16,606 nt of DNA from Thermodesulfobacteriota bacterium. Its GTDB lineage: Bacteria > Desulfobacterota_D > UBA1144 > Nemesobacterales > N074bin48. Location: contig JBFFSH010000056.1 of the NCBI GenBank assembly GCA_041572575.1, positions 1 through 16,606 of the forward strand, in the 5' to 3' direction. The translations under genes were made by a program, and so were the position numbers. Positions 1-7,513 of the stretch are shown piece by piece. Each line of letters begins with the position of its first letter. Within the stretch, counting starts at the first letter, position 1. Below the pieces are notes generated by a model. It saw nothing but the letters and a program-made list of their open reading frames with translations. It did no database searches and was not told the DNA's origin.

Positions 1-2
1 AA

Positions 3-80
3 TGGCGTCCCCGAGGGGATTTGAACCCCTGTTGCCGGCGTGAAAGGCCGGTGTCCTGGGCCAAGCTAGACGACGGGGAC
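3..80 (-). tRNA. tRNA-Glu (TTC), CCA encoded
   Basis: Reverse complement GTCCCCG...CGGGGAC-G-CCA folds as a cloverleaf; anticodon arm CCGGC-CT-TTC-AC-GCCGG; T arm GGTTCAAATCC. Confidence 0.97.
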
Positions 81-88
81 ACACAATA

Positions 89-161
89 TGAGCCGTGCAG
101 GATTCGAACCTGCGACCCACTGCTTAAAAGGCAGTTGCTCTACCACCTGAGCTAACGGCTC
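89..161 (-). tRNA. tRNA-Lys (TTT), CCA not encoded
   Basis: Reverse complement GAGCCGT...ACGGCTC-A; D arm TAGCTCAGGTGGTAGAGC; anticodon arm ACTGC-CT-TTT-AA-GCAGT; T arm GGTTCGAATCC; followed by TATT rather than CCA. Confidence 0.97.
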
Positions 162-174
162 AATAAGGTGAACA

Positions 175-202
175 AATATATCACGCTTAATATTGTTGTC
201 AA
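175..202 (-). promoter_or_regulatory. sigma70-type promoter for the tRNA-Lys/tRNA-Glu transcript
   Basis: Minus strand TTGACA (197-202), 16 nt, TATATT (175-180) with extended TGn; 13 nt upstream of tRNA-Lys. Confidence 0.7.
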
Positions 203-258
203 AGGGCTAAATTATCATATATTCTAACCCTTTTTATCTATAATAATATACAAATAAT

Positions 259-1419
259 ATGCCACTGGGACTCGATAAAAAAGGGTTTATAAATTTTAGC
301 CTCATCACACTTGCTAACTTCTTTTTCTTTAGCAATTTTTCCACGTTCTTTCTGCTCCCCTTATATATTAAGGAGCTTGGCGGAACTGAGGCAGATATTG
401 GTTTTATCATGGGTTCTTTCGGTATCACTTCTCTTGGGGCAATTCCGTTTGTTACTTATCTTATAGATAAGTATGGAAGAAAGTTCTTTATGTTTGCCGG
501 GGCTGTGATAATGCTTCTCTCATCCCTTCTCTTTTTGACTGTAAACGAACTGAGTCCCTTGCTATATGTATACCGGTTGTGCCAGGGAGTAGGGTTTGCC
601 CTGTTTTTTACCTCTGCTACCACATCTGCTGCAGACATAGTGCCTATGGGAAAAAGAGCGCAGGGTCTTGGCATATTCGGCGCTTTTACCATACTTGCCT
701 ACTCAGTGGGCCCCACTCTTGGAGAATTTGCCCTAAATAACTTTGGTTTTGATTACTTCTTTTTACTGGCTTCATCTTTTAGTATCGTTGCTGCAGTTTT
801 GATCCTGTTTTCAAAAGTAACGGATTTTCAAAAATCAGCGGAAAGGTTTGGTCTTGGGTTTTTCAGGCTTGTTGTTTCAAAACGGTATTCACTAATACTT
901 CTAACCAACCTTTTGCTTGCAGGAGGGCTTGGTTCAGTTCTTAATTTTATTTCTGCATTTTTAAAAGAAAAGGAGATTGGCGCATACCACTTTTTTATAG
1001 TCTATGCGCTTACCGTTACATGTGTGAGGATATTTGGTGGAAGGACGTCCGATATATTCGGCAGGAAAAAAGTTGCCTCACCAAGTTTAATTATATTTGC
1101 GATATCAATAGCATGTATTGTTTTTATAAACTCCGGCCTTATAGCAGTAGTGGTTTCATTTCTCTTCAGCTTTAGCTACGGAATGTTGTATCCGGTTCTA
1201 ACTGCTCTTGTGATAGACAAAGCGGGGCCAGATGAAAGGGGTAAAGCTATGGGGGCATATAATGCGTGCTTTAGCCTTGGCATAAACTTTCTGGCTTTCC
1301 CTTTTGGGATCATTGCCAATAACTTCGGGTTCAATGCTATGTATCTAACCTCGGCATTTTTGGTCCTTATATCATTTTTTATTTTTACACTATATTATAG
1401 AGAAGAAAAAATCAGGTAA
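259..1419 (+). CDS. MFS transporter, substrate unknown
   Basis: 386 aa, about 12 hydrophobic segments, MFS motif A-like in both halves (LIDKYGRK; GRTSDIFGRK), and RAQGLG / ERGKAMG loop motifs. Confidence 0.92.
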   Translation: MPLGLDKKGFINFSLITLANFFFFSNFSTFFLLPLYIKELGGTEADIGFIMGSFGITSLGAIPFVTYLIDKYGRKFFMFAGAVIMLLSSLLFLTVNELSPLLYVYRLCQGVGFALFFTSATTSAADIVPMGKRAQGLGIFGAFTILAYSVGPTLGEFALNNFGFDYFFLLASSFSIVAAVLILFSKVTDFQKSAERFGLGFFRLVVSKRYSLILLTNLLLAGGLGSVLNFISAFLKEKEIGAYHFFIVYALTVTCVRIFGGRTSDIFGRKKVASPSLIIFAISIACIVFINSGLIAVVVSFLFSFSYGMLYPVLTALVIDKAGPDERGKAMGAYNACFSLGINFLAFPFGIIANNFGFNAMYLTSAFLVLISFFIFTLYYREEKIR

Positions 1420-1432
1420 TGGGAATATTAAT

Positions 1433-2206
1433 ATGACGATAAAAGAAGGCGACTATGTACTTATACTTGCTCCGGACGATAAAACATTCTTAAGAAAGGT
1501 AAATGCGGAAAAACAGCTTAGCACCCATCTGGGTATGATTAATATTAAAGATATTATCGGGAAGAATTACGGTGATAAAATTGTTTCAGGGCTTGGCAAT
1601 GAGTTTTATCTCTTAGAGCCAACAACCTGGGACAAGATGATGAAAGTGGGCAGGCAGACCCAGATCATCTATCCAAAAGACGCCTCGATCATTATACTAA
1701 AAACGGGGCTTTCAGAGGGAATGAGGGTTGTGGAAAGCGGTACGGGTTCGGGGTCTATGACAATTGCGCTTGCAAATACCGTAAAGCCTGGCGGAAAGGT
1801 CTATACATATGAGAAAAGAGATCAGTTTAGAGAAAATGCAATGAAAAATGTGGAGACTGCCGGGCTTTCAGAATATGTGGAGTTTAATGCAGGGGACGCA
1901 AGGGATGGTTTCAAAGAAACTGAAGTTGATGTAGCCCTAATAGATCTTCCTTCTCCATGGGACGGAGTACCCGCTGCGGCTAAGGCTCTTAGAGGGGGAG
2001 GGCGTATAGCAAGTCTGTCTCCTACTTTTAATCAGATCGAAGAAAACTACAAATATTTAGAGGAACACGGGTTTACTTATTTAGAAACAGTAGAGGTGTT
2101 AGTCCGGAATATTTTAGTTAGAGCGGGTAAGACAAGACCATCACAGAGAATGATTAGCCACACGGGCTTTCTTACCTTTGGAAGAAAGATAAACAAACAG
2201 GAATAA
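1433..2206 (+). CDS. trmI: tRNA (adenine(58)-N1)-methyltransferase
   Basis: GCD14/TrmI motifs: THLG in the N-domain, TQIIYPKD, SAM-binding ESGTGSGS, DLPSPW, RP...HTGFL. Confidence 0.93.
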   Translation: MTIKEGDYVLILAPDDKTFLRKVNAEKQLSTHLGMINIKDIIGKNYGDKIVSGLGNEFYLLEPTTWDKMMKVGRQTQIIYPKDASIIILKTGLSEGMRVVESGTGSGSMTIALANTVKPGGKVYTYEKRDQFRENAMKNVETAGLSEYVEFNAGDARDGFKETEVDVALIDLPSPWDGVPAAAKALRGGGRIASLSPTFNQIEENYKYLEEHGFTYLETVEVLVRNILVRAGKTRPSQRMISHTGFLTFGRKINKQE

Positions 2207-2240
2207 GCAGTTTTAGACCATATTTGCGCAATAAATATTT

Positions 2241-3035
2241 ATGAAGAAGAATCAATTAGGTTATTTAATCTTTACTCTTTTAATTCTCGGCTCTTCCTAT
2301 TTCTTTACAAACAAACAAAGCTCTTCAGATTATCTGGTTTTAAAAGTCATTGATGGTGACACAATTGTCCTTGATGACGGCTCTCAAACTCTCGTTCGTT
2401 TTATAGGCATTAACAGCCCTGAAATTCTTACTCATGAATCACCCGGGGAACCGTTTTCTCAGCAGGCTAAGAGTTTTAATGAAAAGCTCCTTGCTGGCAA
2501 ACAGGTTACAATAAAATTCGATAAGGAAAAGTATGATCATTACGGAAGGATGCTTGGTTATATATATGCTGATGGTGTTTTCGTAAATGAGCAGTTGGTA
2601 AGAAACGGCCTTGCTACTTCACTTAAGATTAAGCCAAACACAAAGCATTTTGACCGTATTCTAGAAGCAGAAGAACAGGCCAGGGAAAATAAAAGGGGAA
2701 TTTGGTCAGCACCCGGCAATTTCATATATCCAAAGGAAAACAGGCAGTTTTATGTAAAACCCCAAAGTGCGCAGAGATACCTGGGGCAGAGGGTCGTTAC
2801 GAAGGGAAAAATTACAGATGTGAGGAAGTCAGAGAAGGTAATTGTGCTAAAGATGGATGAGGACTTTGATGTCGTTATTTTTGCAGGCAGCTGGAAAAAT
2901 TTTAATCATTTTGGAATATCTCCTGAATCGGACTATTTAGGATTTCCCGTAGAGGTAATTGGAAGGATTAAAAAATATAAGGGCAGGCCACAGATAATAG
3001 TAAGTCATCCGATTACACTTAAAAAACTGCTATGA
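2241..3035 (+). CDS. Thermonuclease (SNase-like) with N-terminal membrane anchor/signal and probable C-terminal OB-fold
   Basis: VIDGDT, VRFIGINSPE, DHYGRMLGY, VNEQLVRNGLA, AEEQARENKRGIW; extra C-terminal domain ending EVIGRIKKYKGRPQII. ATGA overlap with rsmG. Confidence 0.9.
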   Translation: MKKNQLGYLIFTLLILGSSYFFTNKQSSSDYLVLKVIDGDTIVLDDGSQTLVRFIGINSPEILTHESPGEPFSQQAKSFNEKLLAGKQVTIKFDKEKYDHYGRMLGYIYADGVFVNEQLVRNGLATSLKIKPNTKHFDRILEAEEQARENKRGIWSAPGNFIYPKENRQFYVKPQSAQRYLGQRVVTKGKITDVRKSEKVIVLKMDEDFDVVIFAGSWKNFNHFGISPESDYLGFPVEVIGRIKKYKGRPQIIVSHPITLKKLL

Positions 3036-3679
3036 TTATTCGCGATATCTTTATACAGGGCACTGAGGAAATAGGCATAATTCTAAGTGCAGGTGATATA
3101 GAGAAATTTTTAATATACTTAGAAGAGCTTGAACTATGGAATAAAAAGATAAATCTTACGGCTATAAAAAAAGATGATGATATAATTACGAATCATTTTT
3201 TAGATTCTCTTGCTATAGTTAAATATATTAATCCGGATTCTACACTTCTTGATATTGGCTCCGGTGCGGGATTTCCGGGAGTGCCTGTGGCGCTTAGCCG
3301 TCCTGACTGTTTTGTAACCTGCTGTGATTCGGCAGGAAAGAAAATAATGTTTATTAATCATATTGTGCGTAAACTAGGGCTGCAAAATGTTAAAACTATT
3401 TCTTGTAGGGCAGGGGAAGGTGAGCAGAACTTGGGATTTTATGACTATGTTGTTACAAGAGCCGTATCTGATTTATTAACCGTAATAAAACTGAGCAAAA
3501 CATATATGACAGAGTCAGGCAAAATTATAGCTATGAGGGGTGAAAAGGGAAAGGATGAATTAGAAGATGTATCGGGTGAGTTGAATAGTCTGGGTTTGGA
3601 AATAGAAAAAACAGATGAGTTTCGGCTGCCCCATAGCGGAGCTAAAAGAGTTAATATAATATTCAAAAAATCAGTTTAA
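3032..3679 (+). CDS. rsmG: 16S rRNA (guanine(527)-N7)-methyltransferase
   Basis: WNKKINLTAI, HFLDSL, DIGSGAGFPG, RA motifs of GidB/RsmG. Confidence 0.95.
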   Translation: MIIRDIFIQGTEEIGIILSAGDIEKFLIYLEELELWNKKINLTAIKKDDDIITNHFLDSLAIVKYINPDSTLLDIGSGAGFPGVPVALSRPDCFVTCCDSAGKKIMFINHIVRKLGLQNVKTISCRAGEGEQNLGFYDYVVTRAVSDLLTVIKLSKTYMTESGKIIAMRGEKGKDELEDVSGELNSLGLEIEKTDEFRLPHSGAKRVNIIFKKSV

Positions 3680-4510
3680 TTCAGGTCTGATCTTCTTTTT
3701 TTTCATTGCTTTTAAATATTTTATTATGTCGTCTATAACATTAGACCTGTTATCTAGCGCAGGGTTTATTCTAGGCATTTTAGTGCCGTAGCGAATAGAG
3801 GCCGGATCATCGATCCATTTCCTAAGGTACTTGTTATTAAAATATTCTGTCACATTAACCGGGTAATTAAGCTCAACAGCTTTGCTCCCACCCTCACCAT
3901 TTATAGTATGACAAGTAGAACAATATTTTCTGTATGATACAAATCCCCTGTTTACCTGTTCGCTGCTTTTTTGAGGAGGAGACATATTGGGAAACTTCTG
4001 TGCAAAACTTATGAGATCAATTGATTCTATCTGATAGGGGAAATCATAGGCGCCTATTTTTTTGAGTTCGGGATATTTAATGTTATCCCAAATTAAATAA
4101 AACGGTTTTAGGTCTACCAGTTCATTGTTCTGATTTTTATTAATCAGATTAAATTTTGTTTGTCCGGGGGATTTAAAGACAATATAACTGTCGTAGGTTA
4201 AGAATTTTGTAACTGTGATGGAGGCTTTATAGCCGTCTGTACATGTGATGTAAATGTCTTTGTCTGATTGCAGATCTTGCTTATATATAGCTTTTAGCAG
4301 CTCATAACCTGGAAATCCGGTATATGTTCTATCTTTGTGTTCGTGCGGCTCATAAATTGTAATTTCAGCAGGTTTTATAATTTTAGAAAGCTCGCTTATA
4401 TCAAATTGATTGATTTGTTTTCCGTTTAGTTTAATAACCAGATCTTGCGAAAAACTTTCAGTGGCTATAAAAGCCACTATTATTAAGGCCCATAAAACTA
4501 TTCTCTGCAT
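3671..4510 (-). CDS. Secreted monoheme c-type cytochrome with uncharacterised N-terminal domain
   Basis: N-terminal signal peptide; single CxxCH (CSTCH) followed by TINGEGG and probable distal Met (GTKMP); N-terminal domain of roughly 150 aa with TCTDGY. 3' end overlaps rsmG by 9 nt. Confidence 0.85.
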   Translation of the reverse strand: MQRIVLWALIIVAFIATESFSQDLVIKLNGKQINQFDISELSKIIKPAEITIYEPHEHKDRTYTGFPGYELLKAIYKQDLQSDKDIYITCTDGYKASITVTKFLTYDSYIVFKSPGQTKFNLINKNQNNELVDLKPFYLIWDNIKYPELKKIGAYDFPYQIESIDLISFAQKFPNMSPPQKSSEQVNRGFVSYRKYCSTCHTINGEGGSKAVELNYPVNVTEYFNNKYLRKWIDDPASIRYGTKMPRINPALDNRSNVIDDIIKYLKAMKKKKIRPELN

Positions 4511-4655
4511 TTTATGTAATAATTTAGATTAATAATTTTATTTTTAATCCAGATAGAGTAAATATTATATCCCATAAAATTCTACAATATATTTTTTCTT
4601 GTTATCTTTATTGCGTTTATCTGGTTTGTAAGTACTTAAGAGGAGTTAAATATAT

Positions 4656-5513
4656 ATGGAAGCAATCGGTGTTATAGGCGGAAGCGGGCTTTATGAAATA
4701 GAAGGCCTGGAAAATATTGAATATAAGGATATTGATACCCCATGGGGAAAACCATCTGACAGCTTTGTCACAGGAACTCTAAACGGTACTGAAATGGTAT
4801 TTCTGCCAAGGCACGGAAGGGGTCATAAAATTATGCCCTCCAATATTAACTACAGGGCAAATATCTACGGAATGAAATTTCTTGGAGTGGACAGCATTAT
4901 TTCTGTAAGTGCTGTTGGCAGTATGAAAGAGGAGATTCCACCGGGTGATGTCGTACTTCCGGATCAGTTTATAGACTTTACCAAGAAAAGAGATTCCAGC
5001 TTTTTTGGAGACGGTATTGTGGCACACGTCTCGATGGCAGATCCTGTTTGTCCTCATCTTGCTGACTCACTTCACAATGTTTTGCAGGACATGAATGCAA
5101 AAGTGCATAAGGGTGGTAAGTATATATGTATTGAGGGGCCGCAGTTTTCTTCTAAGGCTGAGAGTGAATTATTTAGAAGCTGGGGGGTGGATATAATAGG
5201 AATGACCAACATGCCCGAAGCAAAGCTTGCGCGTGAGGCCGAAATTTGCTATTCTACTCTCGCTCTGTCTACTGACTATGACTGCTGGCATGATGGTCAT
5301 GACAACGTAACGGTGGAAGATGTAATAAAGATTCTGCTTCAAAATACTGAGCTAGCAAAGGAAGTGATAAGAAACTTCGTATTGGCCAAGTCTGCAGAAA
5401 AAAAGTGTAACTGTAATAATTCACTAAGGGATGCTATAATCACTCAGCCCCAGGCAATAGATAGTGAATCAAAAGAAAAATACAAATTACTTATAGGAAA
5501 ATATATTAAATGA
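4656..5513 (+). CDS. mtnP: S-methyl-5'-thioadenosine phosphorylase
   Basis: IGGSG, RHGRGH, NYRANI, EGPQFS, GMT, TDYDCW (MTAP-type DxD); strong SD AGAGGAG upstream. Confidence 0.94.
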   Translation: MEAIGVIGGSGLYEIEGLENIEYKDIDTPWGKPSDSFVTGTLNGTEMVFLPRHGRGHKIMPSNINYRANIYGMKFLGVDSIISVSAVGSMKEEIPPGDVVLPDQFIDFTKKRDSSFFGDGIVAHVSMADPVCPHLADSLHNVLQDMNAKVHKGGKYICIEGPQFSSKAESELFRSWGVDIIGMTNMPEAKLAREAEICYSTLALSTDYDCWHDGHDNVTVEDVIKILLQNTELAKEVIRNFVLAKSAEKKCNCNNSLRDAIITQPQAIDSESKEKYKLLIGKYIK

Positions 5514-6412
5514 GTTTACTGGTAGTAGGTTCTTTAGGTCTTGATGATATTGAAACCCCGTTTGGAAAAGTAGAGTCGGTGCTGGGTGGGTCGGCTTCTT
5601 ATTTCTCTATAGCTGCAAGCAAGTTTACTGATGTAAATGTGGTAGCCGTGGTTGGGCAGGATTTTCCCCAAGCCCACTTAGACTTACTAAGCTCCAAGGG
5701 AGTAAACATAAACGGTATACAAAAAGCTGAGGGCGATACATTCAGGTGGCAGGGCAAGTATGGGTATGATCTTGGTGATCCTGAGACGCTAGGTACATAT
5801 CTAAATGTATTTGAGCATTTTGATCCCCGTATCCCGGATGATTATAAACAGTCTGATTTTGTGTTTTTAGCTAATATAGATCCAGAGTTGCAGTTAAATG
5901 TGTTAAAGCAGGTGGATAGTCCCAGGCTTGTTGCCTGTGATACGATGAATTTCTGGATCGAAAACAAAAAGGACGCGCTTTTAGAAGTACTTAAGAATGT
6001 GGATATCCTTATGATAAATGATTCTGAAGCAAGGGAGCTTGGTGAGAATTCTTTTATAACCAAAGCCGCCAGAAATATTATGGAAATGGGACCCAGGATA
6101 TTGATAATAAAGCGAGGGGAGTACGGTGCTCTTAAACTTTCTAAAAAAGGAATATTTTGGGCGCCTAGTTATCCTCTTGAAGAGGTGCTTGATCCTACTG
6201 GGGCGGGAGACTCCTTTGCCGGTGGGTTTATGGGATATCTTACTAACGAATACGATATAACGACCACAAATCTTAAGAGGTCTGTTGTTTATGGCTGTGT
6301 AGTGGCTTCTTTTACCGTAGAGGATTTTAGTGTAAACAGACTGGCTGCATTGAAAGATGAAGAACTAAATAAGAGACATAGTGCCTTCATGAATTTAACA
6401 AACATAGAGTAG
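5510..6412 (+). CDS. PfkB-family sugar/nucleoside kinase
   Basis: GGSASY, INDSE, KRGEYG, DPTGAGDSFAGG (PfkB signature 2); ATGA overlap with mtnP. Confidence 0.92.
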   Translation: MSLLVVGSLGLDDIETPFGKVESVLGGSASYFSIAASKFTDVNVVAVVGQDFPQAHLDLLSSKGVNINGIQKAEGDTFRWQGKYGYDLGDPETLGTYLNVFEHFDPRIPDDYKQSDFVFLANIDPELQLNVLKQVDSPRLVACDTMNFWIENKKDALLEVLKNVDILMINDSEARELGENSFITKAARNIMEMGPRILIIKRGEYGALKLSKKGIFWAPSYPLEEVLDPTGAGDSFAGGFMGYLTNEYDITTTNLKRSVVYGCVVASFTVEDFSVNRLAALKDEELNKRHSAFMNLTNIE

Positions 6413-6416
6413 AAAT

Positions 6417-7187
6417 ATGAAAAAAATACTTATATCAATTACAGCACTATTTGTGATATCAACACTTTTAGCTTGCGGCGGAGCTTCTGTAAACAAGTCC
6501 AAAGATGATAAAAATCTTGCTAATCAAAAACAATTAGCCGTATCATCACTTAAGAGAAAAATTTATAAACAGGCTTTAGAAGAAATTGCCGTTGCTGAAG
6601 AAATAGCTCCTGAAGACCCTGAGGTTCACCTCATAAGAGGAATTATTCTTTTTGCAATTCAGGATCTGCAAGGAGCAGAAAAGTCTTACAAAAAAGCAAT
6701 TGAATTCAACCCCGAATACTCCGAAGCGCACTTTAATATCTGCGGATTATATCTGCACTTAGAAAGGTATGATGATGCAATAACCCACTGCAAAAAAGCT
6801 ACTGAAGACAGACTGTATAAATCAAGGGACAGAGCGTATACTGCCATAGGGGTAGCGTATTTTAATATGGGTGACCTGGATATGGCTCAAAAATACTATG
6901 AGAAATCACTAAAGGTTAATCCATCTCTTGTGTACACCCATAATCAGATGGGAAAACTATATGTAGCTCAGGGAAGACTGCACGATGCGATAGATGAGTT
7001 TGAGACGGCCATTGCCGGTTATCAATTGTACGATGAAGCTCACTATAATCTTGGTATAACCTATTTGAAGCTAAAAGAAATTTTTAAGGCATGCAGCTCA
7101 TTTAAGAGAGTTTTGGAGATTGCTCCAAATAGTGATTGGGGAAGAAAGGCTAAAAACTACAGAAAATCTGCGTGCGATGGTGTATAA
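6417..7187 (+). CDS. TPR lipoprotein, PilW/PilF/Tgl-like (possible type IV pilus secretin pilotin)
   Basis: MKK, hydrophobic core and lipobox LLA-C; several TPR repeats (EAHFNICG, AYTAIG, EAHYNLG). The pilotin assignment is inferred from architecture. Confidence 0.8.
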   Translation: MKKILISITALFVISTLLACGGASVNKSKDDKNLANQKQLAVSSLKRKIYKQALEEIAVAEEIAPEDPEVHLIRGIILFAIQDLQGAEKSYKKAIEFNPEYSEAHFNICGLYLHLERYDDAITHCKKATEDRLYKSRDRAYTAIGVAYFNMGDLDMAQKYYEKSLKVNPSLVYTHNQMGKLYVAQGRLHDAIDEFETAIAGYQLYDEAHYNLGITYLKLKEIFKACSSFKRVLEIAPNSDWGRKAKNYRKSACDGV

Positions 7188-7194
7188 TAACAAT

Positions 7195-7494
7195 ATGGCT
7201 AAAACAAAAGATTCATTCAAAACTTTTAAAGAACTTTTTGAAAAGCAGTTTAAAACTGCCTTTGATTCATTTGATGTAAATCTTAAAAAGGCAGTTGGAA
7301 ATATTCATCTGCCCACTCCCAAGGATTTCCTGAAGCTTGAAAAACGCGTAAGTGAACTGGAAAAGAAGGTTAGTAGACTAGAAAAACCAAAAAAGGCTAC
7401 TACTAGAAAGACAACTTCGTCTTCATCAAGGACCAGAAAACCTGCGGCAGCAAAAGCTACGGCCAGATCCAAAAGAACTTCTACTAAGAAGTAG
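7195..7494 (+). CDS. Small basic protein: phasin (PhaF/PhaI)-like helix, coiled coil and Lys/Ser/Thr/Ala-rich tail
   Basis: Start reassigned to ATG 7195 (99 aa) to avoid a 68-nt overlap with the TPR gene; IHLPTPKDFLKLEKRVSELEKKV coiled coil and histone-like tail KPAAAKATARSKR. Confidence 0.72.
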   Translation: MAKTKDSFKTFKELFEKQFKTAFDSFDVNLKKAVGNIHLPTPKDFLKLEKRVSELEKKVSRLEKPKKATTRKTTSSSSRTRKPAAAKATARSKRTSTKK

Positions 7495-7513
7495 AATACT
7501 TAAGTCCTTGGCA

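Noticed and set aside
4549..4624. CCAGATA...TATCTGG inverted repeat in the cytochrome/mtnP spacer
   Set aside because: Only 7 bp with a loop of about 60 nt; expected by chance.
7120..7194. N-terminal extension of the 7120-7494 ORF
   Set aside because: Overlaps the TPR gene by 68 nt; ATG 7195 is the more plausible start.
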